From Naegleria gruberi (Eukaryota), in NCBI GenBank assembly GCA_000004985.1, contig GG738862.1: a stretch of 64,000 bases of DNA; one strand, 5' to 3'. Position numbers and translations under genes: made by a program. Below, piece by piece: positions 31,409-44,058 of this stretch; within the stretch, counting starts at the first letter, position 1, and each line of letters opens with the position of its first letter. The notes below the pieces were generated by a model. It was not told the DNA's origin and ran no database searches. It saw nothing but the letters and a program-made list of their open reading frames with translations.

Positions 31409-32848
31409 ATGGCTCATCAATTATCCAACGATAATGATGAAAGACTTTCAACTCCTAAAGAAGTTCTTCGATTGAAAGATAAGAAAATTACAAGTGTTGG
31501 ATGTGGTGATAAATTTACAATACTTTGCACAGGTTAGTAGTGATGATCATTATGAAAGAAATAATAATATGGAGGATTATTGTTGTGATGTGATGCTGAT
31601 GATGAATAATATTGCCGATATGTTGATGATGATGATGATGATATTAATGTGTTGATAATGATGATGAAATTTGATTGAAATTTAATTTTGACTTTTTGAT
31701 GGAATAATAGATGACCATTTACTTTATACTTTAGGTGATAATGATTATGGACAATTGTCTTTGGGACATTTCCGTAACTGCACTTCATGGACAAGTATTA
31801 ATTTGAGTATTAAAATTGAAGCATTGGTTTGTGGAGATTATCATACGATGGTTTTATCTGATCATGGTGAAGTTTATTCATGTGGTCGTTCTGATAAATA
31901 TCAATTAGGATTAAATTCAACAGAATCACTTCCAGAATTGAGACGTGTTTCAATCAAGGAACGTGTCAAGACAATTTCATGTGGAGCTAACCATTCCATT
32001 TTCGTAACTGTTGATAATGATATTTATGCTTGTGGTGATAATACTTATTCACAAATTACAACAAAAAAGAAGGAACTTTTCAAAAAGCCAGAAAAGATTA
32101 AGATTGATGAATTGAAGGGAAAGAAAATTAAGGCAGTTTCATCTGGATGTAAGTTTTTTTTCTTTTTGAAATGGAATTATTGAACTATTAAGATCAACAC
32201 ACTGTCTACTTGACAGAGGAAGGTCACATATTCTGTTTTGGTAATAATACTTTTGGTCAATTGAATATCACAATGGTTGGTATTAACAAGTCAGGTCAAG
32301 GTCAATTAATTGACAGTATTTCTTGTGGAAGTTTCCACACTGTTGTCGCCACCGATAAGGGCGAAGTTTGGGCAGCTGGAAAGGTTTGTTTTTTTACTTT
32401 CTTAATCAATTATTAACCTTTTTAACAGAATAGAAATGGAGAATTGGGAATTGAAAATGATGGAAGTAATGTTAAAGATGCCACCAAGATTCCATTAGGT
32501 GATGCTTCTGCCAAGATTGATAATGTCAAGTGTGGGTAAGTATAAATGAAATTTATGTGATGATTAATTATTTCTCTATTTCAGTAATCACCACACTATT
32601 ATGCGCTCAACTGATCAGAGAATTTTCATTTGTGGTAAAAACACTGGAGGTCAATTAGGATTAGGACATTTAGATAAGACACTGAAAGTTAATGAACCAA
32701 AATTCGCATTCCCTATTCATAGAATGGCTGGTGGAGGATGTAAGTATTATCTTCAATATATATTCGAAACTAATATTTAAAAGATCACTCTATTTTCATT
32801 TCTGAGGTATCGGATGATCTAGTTGAATCTAATGAAACTAATCAATAA
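31409..32848 (+). CDS. RCC1-repeat (regulator of chromosome condensation-like) protein. Six exons: 31409..31532, 31735..32148, 32193..32383, 32429..32535, 32585..32739, 32784..32848.
   Basis: Each exon carries an RCC1 blade signature (GDNDYGQLSLG, CGANHSIFV, SGYQHTVYLTEEGHIFCFGNNTFGQL, CGSFHTVVATDKGEVWAAG, GNHHTIMRSTDQRIFICGKNTGGQLGLG, GGYHSIFI). The introns are 44-202 nt, GT..AG, and the blade consensus is restored only when they are spliced as given. Confidence 0.75.
31590..31680 (+). repeat. (GAT/TGA)n microsatellite inside intron 1 of the RCC1-like gene
   Basis: There is a tgatgatgatgatgatgat run plus flanking gat-rich sequence. It produces the spurious minus-strand ORF 31534..31794. Confidence 0.6.
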
Positions 32849-33101
32849 ATGTTTTTCTAAATAATTATTTCTTTATCTTCTTTCCCAATTATTTATTTAA
32901 TGTTATTTGGATAAACATTTCCAAATCATCAACCACATCTAACGGAATGTAGAGTACTCAATCTCTAAAAATCCATATTTGTATTTATTTATCATTATCA
33001 ACAACAGTAAAACATCATGCTCATCCAATCAGCCCTTGTCTTTACAGCCTTTCTGCAAATCTCTTAACGGTTTTTTTTAAGATAAATTAAGGCGCGAAAA
33101 A

Positions 33102-34838
33102 ATGAGACAACATCCCTCTCAGACTCAAGCGATTAACGAATATTACGAGAATGATATGCTCATGGATGAAGATCAAAATCTCTCTGAAGATGAGCTTGAA
33201 CAACAAGATGTAGAAATACACGGAGAAAATATAATGTTTGAGGATCAAGCAGAAGATGTGGATGAACAATATATTTTGGACCATTATAATCCTCCACAAT
33301 CACCAATGAAAAGCCTCAATATTAGTAATAATTCGGGAAATGATGAAGGTACTGGATCCACAACAACTGATGATTTCGGAATCCCACATGTTTCTATCAA
33401 TTTACAAACAGCCTCTCCTTCGTCTTATAAGAAAAAACCAACTTTTGGTACTTCGGAAGGTTCTGTTAGTTCTACTAAGAATCCTTATTATTCCTCACCA
33501 AAGAAAGCCACAACAGTTAAAATTGGTACACCCCAACAACAACAACAGGATGATAAAAAGAGATCTATCCTAAAGGAAAACAATGAAGAGGAGGGATACC
33601 GTAATCCTCAAGTGATTCCCCAACCTTCAAATGTTCCAACCAAGAAGGCATCACCAAGAGTTAAGTTTGACAGTACTCAAACCTCAGTTATGGGAGTTGC
33701 AACAGCATCTTCCCAAGATATGATGTCCCATGAAGAATTCCAGAAACGTTTCATTGAGAGAGCTTCATCACCTCCTCCATTTTCTGTTATCACAGAGGAA
33801 AAGCTTGCCAAGTTAGATGATCTGGAAAAGTTGGTTTCAAATGTTGTTGAAAAGATTATCAGTGAGAAGACTGAAGAGATTAAGAACTTTTCTGAATATC
33901 TCAATACTGGAGTTTTACAAGTTATGGAAACACAATTCAACACGATGGCTAATGTAAGAAATTCTCCATCCTATACATTTGAAGAATCTCCTCAATTTAA
34001 GGAGCTTTTGGAAAAATTGGAGTTTTTGAATGCAGAAAATGAACATTTAAAGTTGCTTTTGGAAGAAAAAGAGCTTGAAGTTGATAGTCTTAGAGAAGAA
34101 GCAGAAACAATGAGACAAAGATACATAATGGATATTGATAAGTTGACTTCTGAAGTTGCAGAATCTAGGCTTCCAAGAAGAAGCCCTGAACCTGCTGATC
34201 ATGTTAAAAACAGAATAGAAAGACCTGAGGAAGAAGACGAAGAAGAACCAAGAAACTATGACAGCCCTAAGAGAAATTCTCCACCACCAAGTAGAACTCC
34301 TCCACCTACAAATGTTTCATCTAGAACTCCTGAACCAGCAATGAGAAGAAGTATTGACTTTAATTCAGCTGTAAGATCAGCTCTTCAAAGTATGTCAAAG
34401 GATCAAACCAACCCACTCTCCAAATCATTTGATTCCAAACAATTCCAAGCAGAATCTCAAGAACCACAAGATGGTGAATCATCTCCTGAACCAATGAGCG
34501 TTGACAGAACACAAAAAAAGACAAACAAAACGCTTGATTCAATCACTGAAAGAATGTTGAGATCTCTCAAAGGACCAGTTAAGGCTGAAGACAATGCTAA
34601 ACAAATCGATAAGATGGTTGGAGAAATTAGAGAACAATTCAAAGAAAGAGGTGTTATGTTACCTCTGAAGAAAGTTAAAGATTGTGTGTTTTCACTTGGG
34701 GACGGTAAAACAGCTAGGAAGGTGCATCTAAATATTATTAATGGTGTGTTGAAAGTTAAAATCGGAGGTGGATATGATGATTTTATGAAATTCCTTTCTC
34801 AGTCAGTTCGTTTACTGCAAGTTAAAAAGAAATTGTAA
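33102..34838 (+). CDS. Ser/Pro-rich coiled-coil protein with a possible C-terminal GAR (Gas2-related) domain, 578 aa
   Basis: Single ORF. The middle has coiled-coil character (KELLEKLEFLNAENEHLKLLLEEKELEVDSLREEAETMRQ). The C-terminal KVHLNIINGVLKVKIGGGYDDFMKFLSQ resembles the GAR-domain core (VRVGGGW..L..FL). Confidence 0.55.
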   Translation: MRQHPSQTQAINEYYENDMLMDEDQNLSEDELEQQDVEIHGENIMFEDQAEDVDEQYILDHYNPPQSPMKSLNISNNSGNDEGTGSTTTDDFGIPHVSINLQTASPSSYKKKPTFGTSEGSVSSTKNPYYSSPKKATTVKIGTPQQQQQDDKKRSILKENNEEEGYRNPQVIPQPSNVPTKKASPRVKFDSTQTSVMGVATASSQDMMSHEEFQKRFIERASSPPPFSVITEEKLAKLDDLEKLVSNVVEKIISEKTEEIKNFSEYLNTGVLQVMETQFNTMANVRNSPSYTFEESPQFKELLEKLEFLNAENEHLKLLLEEKELEVDSLREEAETMRQRYIMDIDKLTSEVAESRLPRRSPEPADHVKNRIERPEEEDEEEPRNYDSPKRNSPPPSRTPPPTNVSSRTPEPAMRRSIDFNSAVRSALQSMSKDQTNPLSKSFDSKQFQAESQEPQDGESSPEPMSVDRTQKKTNKTLDSITERMLRSLKGPVKAEDNAKQIDKMVGEIREQFKERGVMLPLKKVKDCVFSLGDGKTARKVHLNIINGVLKVKIGGGYDDFMKFLSQSVRLLQVKKKL

Positions 34839-34879
34839 TTTTAATTGTAATAAAATACCAGCTAGGCAAATAATTATTT

Positions 34880-37195
34880 TTACATTTGATTCCAAAATCC
34901 AAACCAGTTAATTTTCATTAAGATTACAATAAATCCAATATCTAATAACAAGAAGAAGAGGTAAACAAGTGTAAATACCCATCCAGAAATAGTTCTAAAC
35001 TTGACTCTAATACACATAATGATTGGAATGAGAATAGCACAAAGGAAAGTCAGAATGATTGATACTAATGGAAGATATAACATTGCTGTCCATTGTTGCC
35101 AAATACCAAAGATTGTCAAAATATTAATTGCTTTGAGAGCTGTGAATAAGAACAATGCAAATATGTGGAAGATAAAGATTGACAGGATTATACTCCATTT
35201 CTTGGCTGCTGATTTCTTGACACCCATATCACTCTTCTTTTTCTTCTTCTTCTTGATGCTATTCTTTCTCTCCAATTGAACACGTGATGAGTATCTCTTC
35301 AGAGAAGATTCAATATTTTCATCAAGTTCTTCATCAGAGTCCTCATCACTGGATTGATAATTATTTCCACTCAACATTATGTGAGACAAATCTGCATTTG
35401 CCAAATTATTAAATCCATTCTTTGCACGATCTCTAACCTCAAAAACAAGGAAGAATAAATGAATGAATGGAGCAACGAATCCAAAAACAAATGGAGCACC
35501 AAATACGAGATAAATGATGAATGTACTGAGTCTATCATCAAATCTTTCATATCGTTGGGTATCATATGGACCAGTTAAATAAACAACATTCTCTCCTGAT
35601 TTGACACTGAAGGTCCAACTGTGATTTGATACATAATTGTCAAATGTTACCATTCCATTACTTAAATGTCCCATTCTAAATGAATCAAATCCAAACTCTT
35701 GAACAAAAATAAATTCATCTGAACCAATTGGAATAGTTCCAGTTGCAGAAGGTTGATTTGGATCAAAATTATACAATTTTGCTGTTAAATAATTACTGGA
35801 AGAGATTGGTGCATCAATACAAATCATTTCCTTCATGGTAAAGTATTTTCTGAAAGTTGAATGAGAAAATTCAGAATTAACATAACAACCAGCATAATTC
35901 TTCTTGAAACTATCAAAATATTCCTTCTTGTATAGTGGAACAATAGATGTCAAAGAGCTAGTCAATTGACATGTACCATTCGAAACAAGAACCAAATTGT
36001 CATAATCACTACATTTAGTGTTTGGCAAAATATTATATGAAAATTGTTGAATCATATCATCAGCTACTTCATAAGAACCGCCCAATCCACTAATACTCAA
36101 CACTAAATTCTCCTTTGGAAAGGTAATAATGGCAGTCAAATAATTACCAACTTTGGAAAATTGATAATAATAAACTTGATTATTATGGGTAGCGTAACTC
36201 AACAAGTTCATATCTTGAATTTCCTTCTCAGAGTACTTGCTCATAACATAGACACCTATCTTATTTAAATCAGCACATGTAGAAAACAAATTAGTGGTTA
36301 CTGGATAAATTGAATAATATTTAAAATTGGAATCTTCTGAGAGAATATCATTTTCCTTGGTTGCTTTTACAAAATTTGAGCTATCTCTAACATCTGAATT
36401 AAATAATGGATAACTTGATTGTAAATTGAATACTGTTTTAAATTGATTAGAGTAAATATAGTCCAATGATTGATTTTCACTCAACTTGTGAATTATATAA
36501 CCCATCAATGCCATTCCATCAACATCAATTCTATTTTTCAATTGATTGACTTGTCTAATACGTGGAGCCAAATGACTTTGAATATTTTGTTCAAATACTT
36601 GCATTAAACTAACACTTGACGAAGATTGTGGATTATTACTCAAGTACAAATCCAAATCATTTCTAAAATCAAATCCTGAATTTCCAATTAATAAATTTTG
36701 AAAAGTAACAAAGGCATTAGCAGGAATAATTGGCAACATTCTCGACCAACTCACATAATCACCAACAATATCTTGTGAAATTGAAATTTTAGATTGAACA
36801 GAATTTAAAATTTCATTAACTGTTAAAGTTTTCTTTTCATTTGGTACTAAATTTAATGCCACAAGTTTTGTAATAAGTTGACTAATGGTTGGACCTGACA
36901 TGTAAATTGACTGATCAACTGAAATTGGTGAATTTGGTTTATAACTATCATGGACATAGGATTTGGAAAATAGTACGCGATTATCTTGTAAATTTGAAGA
37001 ATTATAGGATGACAATTGTATGGCAATATTGGCCATTCCTAATTTTGATAATGATGAATAGTAATTATTAAAAAATGTTTCGACATTGTCACAGCTCACA
37101 CTTTGTAGAATTAATGACAAGATGATGAGTATGAATAGTTTAGAATAAATATGACCTTTCGGATAGAAAGATGAACCCATTCCTTGCTTGGTCAT
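34880..37195 (-). CDS. Large secreted or membrane protein. It has an N-terminal signal/anchor, a ~600-aa luminal domain with many N-glyc sites and several C-terminal TM helices. 771 aa.
   Basis: Single ORF. The N-terminus reads IYSKLFILIILSLILQSVSC. The C-terminal third is hydrophobic (IIYLVFGAPFVFGFVAPFIHLFFLVF..., IFIFHIFALFLFTALKAINILTIFGIW...). Confidence 0.6.
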   Translation of the reverse strand: MTKQGMGSSFYPKGHIYSKLFILIILSLILQSVSCDNVETFFNNYYSSLSKLGMANIAIQLSSYNSSNLQDNRVLFSKSYVHDSYKPNSPISVDQSIYMSGPTISQLITKLVALNLVPNEKKTLTVNEILNSVQSKISISQDIVGDYVSWSRMLPIIPANAFVTFQNLLIGNSGFDFRNDLDLYLSNNPQSSSSVSLMQVFEQNIQSHLAPRIRQVNQLKNRIDVDGMALMGYIIHKLSENQSLDYIYSNQFKTVFNLQSSYPLFNSDVRDSSNFVKATKENDILSEDSNFKYYSIYPVTTNLFSTCADLNKIGVYVMSKYSEKEIQDMNLLSYATHNNQVYYYQFSKVGNYLTAIITFPKENLVLSISGLGGSYEVADDMIQQFSYNILPNTKCSDYDNLVLVSNGTCQLTSSLTSIVPLYKKEYFDSFKKNYAGCYVNSEFSHSTFRKYFTMKEMICIDAPISSSNYLTAKLYNFDPNQPSATGTIPIGSDEFIFVQEFGFDSFRMGHLSNGMVTFDNYVSNHSWTFSVKSGENVVYLTGPYDTQRYERFDDRLSTFIIYLVFGAPFVFGFVAPFIHLFFLVFEVRDRAKNGFNNLANADLSHIMLSGNNYQSSDEDSDEELDENIESSLKRYSSRVQLERKNSIKKKKKKKSDMGVKKSAAKKWSIILSIFIFHIFALFLFTALKAINILTIFGIWQQWTAMLYLPLVSIILTFLCAILIPIIMCIRVKFRTISGWVFTLVYLFFLLLDIGFIVILMKINWFGFWNQM

Positions 37196-37352
37196 CTTTC
37201 GAATATTTTTTTTAATAATTAATTTAATTATTATTTACATGTTACTCACCAAGTTTCTATTTTTCAATTAGAAACCATACAAATTGACTTTTTCAGCAAT
37301 AGATGGTTACAACAATCAACTCAGATTACAACAAAATTTAATACTAAACTCT

Positions 37353-39068
37353 TTAATGTAAAATTGTGAAAATCAATGTGAATGCAACAATCATAATCTT
37401 TGAGCAGAAAATTGAGAAAATTGTGTTAGCCATTGAAATTGAATTGTGTTTCAATACAGAAACAACGCCACCACTATTTCTAATAGAAGATGAAGCTTTG
37501 AAACCATAGGAACTGTAAGAAGGTGGGGCAGAACTCATCATACTGAAATAGGCAAATGTTGGTTGACCTAATGTTGAATTACTGTTAATTGTTATGGATT
37601 GTGAATCAATTGTGTAAGAATCCTTTGCAACCTTGATGTTGTAAGTACCAGGTGGTAATAATCTGAAAAACATTCCATTATCAAAAGTAGTAATATTCTT
37701 TGCAATACCTTCAACTGTTACATTAGCATTTGAAACTGGATTTCCTTTTGAATCTGTAACAATACCCACAATAGAATATCTCAAATATTCCATATAAGTT
37801 AAAAGAGATTCCTTATTTTGATTCCAGTAAGAATCCAATGTTGATTCACTTGGATATTTAGTATCACTGAGTTCAATGGTAATTTCGAAACAATTCTTCT
37901 TCCAATAATTGAAATCTTGCATACCACCGAAGAGAACATACCATTCAGCTCCATTAGTATAACCTCCTGGGAATTCAAGACTATTCTTCATTGTGGTATG
38001 AGCATTTGCATAACCTTTGGCAATTAACTTGAAGAAGGAATCATCAGGACTGAAACTTTCTACACTTTGTCCAGAACTTGCACCCTTGGCAGAATCGTAT
38101 GGATAACTGGCAACAGTTGCTCCTCCATGGAAATTTGCAGAGAGAACAAAATTTTCAGATTGAATCCATTTCATCATGGCTTGAGTTTCAACTTGGTAAG
38201 TTTCTGATTGAGTAGATGTCAAAAATTGGTCTGGGAAATCTCTATTCAAATCAACTCCATTTGCATTTTCTCTTTGACCGCGTTCAAATCCATCTGGATT
38301 CATAGATGGCATCAAGTAAACATCCATATAATCAATAATATTTCTAATTCTTGAATTTCCATTCATATATTCAGTTAATAAATATTCTGCAAAATATAAG
38401 ATCATTTCTCTTCCTACAGTTTCATCTCCATGCATATTGGCAATATATTTGAACTTTGGTTTTTGATATTTTGAATAATTTGGTGCTCCAACAGTTGTAT
38501 TGGAATAGATTTTCAAGACCCAAAGTTCTCTACTTTCAACTGATTGACCAACAGAAAAGAGAGATGTCATATTTGGATATTGTGATTTGAGTGAATTGAG
38601 TTTAGCTGTAAGGGCTACATAATTATGATAGGACAGTAAGTTACTAGTTTTCCTTATACTTCTCTCATTATTTCTTGAAGATTGTTTGTACAATTTTGAA
38701 ATGAAATAATTACTATCTGGTTCAACCATTTTCATTGCTTTGATAATTCCTTCCAAGACATCTACTTGCTTTTCATTGTGTAGTGATACAATCCAAGCTG
38801 AATTATTAGCTTCCGATTCCTCTCTAATATCAAATGAAGAATACAAAGATCGAAGTGGTTTTACATGCTTCTCTAGTGCACTTTTCAATTTGTCCACTGA
38901 TGAAAAGCCTCCAACTTTAACTTCAAAGGTGGATGATGTTGGTGATAAGGTCAATGCATTACTGCTCTCAGCAACGACGACTTGCATCATCATGAAGAAG
39001 GAACATAAAATCAACACCAGTGGTAACAACACTCCAAAAAGAATAGTTATATGTTGTGTTGTTTTCAT
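37353..39068 (-). CDS. M14 zinc carboxypeptidase (carboxypeptidase D/N-like) with signal peptide, C-terminal transthyretin-like domain and TM anchor, 571 aa
   Basis: The zinc-binding region is HGDETVGRE, with SANFHGGATVASYPYD and a catalytic-Glu region. The C-terminal GIVTDSKGNPVSNANVTVEGI...PGTYNIKVAKDSY matches the carboxypeptidase regulatory-domain fold. A terminal hydrophobic anchor follows. Confidence 0.85.
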   Translation of the reverse strand: MKTTQHITILFGVLLPLVLILCSFFMMMQVVVAESSNALTLSPTSSTFEVKVGGFSSVDKLKSALEKHVKPLRSLYSSFDIREESEANNSAWIVSLHNEKQVDVLEGIIKAMKMVEPDSNYFISKLYKQSSRNNERSIRKTSNLLSYHNYVALTAKLNSLKSQYPNMTSLFSVGQSVESRELWVLKIYSNTTVGAPNYSKYQKPKFKYIANMHGDETVGREMILYFAEYLLTEYMNGNSRIRNIIDYMDVYLMPSMNPDGFERGQRENANGVDLNRDFPDQFLTSTQSETYQVETQAMMKWIQSENFVLSANFHGGATVASYPYDSAKGASSGQSVESFSPDDSFFKLIAKGYANAHTTMKNSLEFPGGYTNGAEWYVLFGGMQDFNYWKKNCFEITIELSDTKYPSESTLDSYWNQNKESLLTYMEYLRYSIVGIVTDSKGNPVSNANVTVEGIAKNITTFDNGMFFRLLPPGTYNIKVAKDSYTIDSQSITINSNSTLGQPTFAYFSMMSSAPPSYSSYGFKASSSIRNSGGVVSVLKHNSISMANTIFSIFCSKIMIVAFTLIFTILH

Positions 39069-39259
39069 GATGTTTTTTTTTGGATTGGTAATGTTCGAGT
39101 TACGTTTCCAATGTTCGTTTCAGCCAATTAATTAAAGCGAAAGGATAACTTTCATCATAATAACAAAATTGATAATAAAATAACAAAGACATATTTGATA
39201 ATGATATTATACATGAAAATTGTTTTTAATTGTACACTTGCTATGTTGGAATAAATAAA

Positions 39260-39996
<737 letters not shown>

Positions 39997-40436
39997 TTAT
40001 GTGGTAAATATTTTTTTGATGAGGAAATTGTAAAAAGGTTTATTAATAGCTGTCTCTTCTTTTGTTCTCTCTTGTGTAAAGGCTTCTCACGAGTTCAACA
40101 CTGTGATGGCAGCAATGAAGAACTCTCGCTGTGTTGTAGTCAATTTCAAAGTTCATCCATCATAATAATATCAACAAGAGAGAAGGTACAATTGTGAATT
40201 GAATGTTATGGATGATGGTAAACTGGTTTGGATTACATTATCTGGTTATTATTACAATGTTTTAAACGAAAGTCTACAAATTATTGATTGCTAGTGTCAT
40301 TGGAAGGAGTACTCATGTCAAATGATGATGGCTCTTCCAATTTGTAAAGATTATCAAAAACTTCAAGAGTTTTGTATTGTTCTATCAATTCACTAATAAA
40401 TTAATTTCCTAAATGTGCAAATTCCTTCTCGAGTAC

Positions 40437-40775
40437 TTACGACTTTTCTTTAATTTTAATTAAATTTTCAGCATAAATTTTGGCTTGTTGTTCTTGTGTT
40501 TTATCAGCTCCTCCTAATGAATTGAGAAAATCCTCTGCATTCTTTAAAGAATCATATAAATCCTTGACAAGAAGTGTTACACTTTCTCCATTTTCACTTT
40601 TAGGTAATTCTTGTACAACACTCATCATCTTTGGAAGAAAATTAAATAATGGTTCAATTTGTTCAAATGTTAAATCATTTAATTGCATCATTAATAAATC
40701 CTGATTTGTAGCATCGAAATCCATCATTGCTTGTTCCGAAGTTGGATTAAATGTTTGATCTTGTTGTTCCGACAT
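40437..40775 (-). CDS. Small acidic hypothetical protein, 112 aa
   Basis: ATG ORF (MSEQQDQTFNPTSEQAMMDFDATNQDLL...KIYAENLIKIKEKS). No confident family assignment. Confidence 0.45.
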   Translation of the reverse strand: MSEQQDQTFNPTSEQAMMDFDATNQDLLMMQLNDLTFEQIEPLFNFLPKMMSVVQELPKSENGESVTLLVKDLYDSLKNAEDFLNSLGGADKTQEQQAKIYAENLIKIKEKS

Positions 40776-40859
40776 TTTTTTGAAATATAATTAAAAATTA
40801 TTAAATAAATATTAGAAATATAAGAGTTTTAAAAAGAAAATTAAGAGAAATAAATTAAT

Positions 40860-43064
40860 TTATAAGCCATCATTGTTTGTTACAGTTTCAGAAAGAGGGG
40901 ATGATTCTTTTGTTGAGGCATCCTGTTTAGGTTCAATTTCTTGTTCTTCCATTTCATCATCAAAATCTTCAAAAGGATCTTCTTCAGATTCTTCTTTCAT
41001 GTATTCTGTAACTGATTGTTGGTGTGTATTGTTGGCAGATGATGAAGAAAGAGGTACTCCACCAATCAATGCTAGGTAGGAGTCATCTGATCCCATTTGT
41101 CTACTTTCAATTGCATTTCTTTCCGTTAAAGAAGTTTCAACAAAATCTTTCCATCCTGAAATATCCTTTGTAAGAGAAGAGACAGCTTCATCTGAATTAG
41201 CTGTTGAAACAATAGTGTTAGAAATAACAGTTAAATGTCCCATATATCCCTTTCTCATCTTATTTTCAGCAATGGCTTGTTCATTAAGCTTACTTGCTTG
41301 TAAAATACGTTCAATAATTTGACAATCAACAAAGAGATTCTTCTTCAAGGCATGACTTTCACTTGCCAAAATGAAACTAATAATATTCAATAATAAATTA
41401 TGTAACATATTGTTGAATTCATATTGGAAGAATAAATTAATGACAACACCTAATACGTTACTAGAAATGAGAGCTTTTTCAACAAGCTCACATCTAATAT
41501 GATAAAGGCTTGAAAGGAATTCAACAACCTTTAATCTAGTTTCACCTAAAGGTGGTGATAAAGTACCAAATGTCAAAGTAAGAGATGGTTGAGTTGGTGG
41601 ATTTTCAAGCAACTTTACAAGTTGTGGTAATTTGGTGAGAATAACCTTAATGGCACTTGGTAATTGTTCATCAAAATCAGCGTCCATTAAATCAACACTA
41701 GTATCAATGAGTGTATGTAACAAGGCAATACCTTCATTTAAAACATCATTCTAATTTCATAAAATTTAAATTAAAATTATTAAATTAATCTAAACACTTA
41801 CATTTTCTAAAAGAGTATCCATCAATTTACACAAAACCGAGTCGGACAAAATTGAGGTAGCCAAAGGATTTAACTTTTGAATGTCTAGGTTATATTGAAG
41901 TGAACGTCTGATAATTTCACTTAAAATTTTGGTAACGTTAATATGACAATCGGATGAATGTTCAGGAGATAATTTTTCAATAAGTTTAAATGGAACACCA
42001 CTATCAGTCCACCATTGAACAGATTGTTTGATAATATTGGTAGCATCTGAATTGTCCTTAGCATCCATTAAACGGAGCTTGAGTTGTTGTTTTGCAGATC
42101 GATTAGTTTCAGCAGATATTATTAAATCATACAATTCACATGAAATCAACTTAAGTAAAAGTTCATCCATTCCAGGAACACCTATATGTTTACAAAAGTT
42201 CAATACCAAAGGTTCACCTTGTGACATTATAAACTTGTGTACTTCAATTGGTTTTCTTTGAACGAGGTAGGTAACAACTCTAATCCAATAATTGGTAAGT
42301 TGAGGATTAAGTGTTTCTTTTTCATGAGAAATAAAATCAAAAAGTGAAGTAAGTAATAACTTGTCTGAGGATATGGAGGTATAAATGGAATCAATATCAC
42401 AACACAAAATTTCAGCAGCAATTCTTGGATACTTGTAAATTCTCTTTTGTAACTTTTCTTCATTAATATGTACTTCATCATTTTGATCCGATTCTTCTGC
42501 AACCTTTTCATCCTCTTGTACAATCTTTGATTGATTCTTTAAATTTTGAAGTTGATCAAGAGGAATTTCAATTGTAATAAAGTCGATCATCTTCGTCAAG
42601 TTTTCACTCTTTCCTAAGAATTCTATCAATTTTCCATAGTGAGCCTTTGCTTCAGCAATGACATCATCCTCATCAAGTATTTGTTCTAATGTGCAATCGT
42701 CATTTTCTAAAAGCAACTCCACTGGTGATTTGTTATGAAATCCTAATTTAAAAAGCATGTTTGATTCTACTATTGACCAAAGAGAGGAAAATATCTTAGT
42801 TTTATATGTTGATAAAGCAGCTACTGTTGAGTTATCTTCCTTTCTTAAACTTTGAAGAGATTTGTTTTGGGAAGTGTCAAGACCGGAGGATGATTGAAAG
42901 GAAGTTCCAGAAGAATATGAGGATGAATTATTCTTTTGGTTCTTTTGTTTACTTTTTGTGTTGGTAGGCTTTCTTTCAATTGAACTTGTTGTTAATTTGA
43001 GAGAAGAGTTATTGTTGTTGTTGGTGTTGTTGATTTCTTCAGAAGAAGGATTTTGTTCGGACAA
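40860..43064 (-). CDS. SAPS-domain protein (protein phosphatase 6 / Sit4-associated regulatory subunit-like). Two exons: 41802..43064 and 40860..41749.
   Basis: After an Asn/Ser-rich N-terminal tail comes LFKLGFHNKSPVELLLENDDCTLEQILDEDDVIAEAKAHYGKLIEFL, matching the conserved N-terminus of PP6R/SAPS proteins (...LLEKEDxTLEELLDEDDVLQECKxxNxKLLDFL). Exon 1 ends at AAT before gtaagt. The 52-nt intron 41750..41801 is in phase 0. Confidence 0.7.
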
Positions 43065-44058
43065 CTTTACTCTTTGTTTTGGTTCGTAAGCTGGTTTGTG
43101 TTGGAGAAGAAGAAGCAGCTAATGTGTTCAACTTCTCTCGGTAGATGTTTTTTTTAGATATTAAACAATCTTGTTTTCTATACTATATGTTATAATACCT
43201 AATTATAATTTAGGAATTAATATATATAACTATTAAACAAGTGTTAGTTTTCAAATTGGTTCAAAATAACAATATTTAATACAATATTCCAAAAATCAAT
43301 ATTCTTTAGTAATATCCAAACCAAATCACAGTATTAGTATTCTGTTGCAAGATAATTTACGATGATGATTACCCTGCTGTATGAATGATGATAATGAATG
43401 GATGAACCAAAAGAAAGAGAATGGGCGGGTGAGAATATTTTTTGTAAATGATATTACTCATCAGTTTGTGTTGGCTGGAAAAATTTTACCTGGATTGAAA
43501 GGTTAAATGAACACTTCCCGCTCTTTCTCATCAAATACCTTTAAAGTCATCAATGTTTCTGCACCAGGAGTTGTACAACGACGAAGATAATTACTCGAAA
43601 GTAGATGCATTGGAATTTAATTTCTAATTTTCTTCTAATGGTGGTAATATCTTGGTAAAACAATGTAGAAGCGCATTTATTAAATTTAATATTTATTAAA
43701 TATTGATGACATGAGTGGGACAAAATAATTTTGACATAATTCAAAATTTTCTTCCTATTAAAAACAATTCAATGTATACTAATAACAAAATATTTAATTT
43801 AAACTGCTATTTAATTACTCTATTAGTGTGGAGTGGTATAATATTTTCTGCCACGTTGTATTACAAGTCGAAAAATTCACAATTATGGAAAAATAAAAAA
43901 TCGAAAAATTATTATTAAAAAATATAAATATTCTCTATTAAAAAATTAGAGCAATTGCTCCATCATATTCTTTAACCACCACTTTAAAGTTTGATCCAAC
44001 CAAGATTATTTACTTTTACTAAAATAGAATTTTCCAAATAGGTATCGATACTTGAATA

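Noticed and set aside
31534-31794. Minus-strand ORF full of His/Ile/Asn
   Set aside because: It lies entirely within intron 1 of the RCC1-like gene and is produced by a (gat)n microsatellite.
43400-43620. Moderately GC-richer patch in the 1-kb SAPS/AT-hook intergenic region containing uuuuaccugg. It was considered as a U1 snRNA-like 5' end.
   Set aside because: The 5'-splice-site-pairing sequence has a mismatch (UUUUACCU versus ACUUACCU). I found no 70K-loop motif, no Sm site and no terminal stem. It is most likely ordinary promoter DNA.
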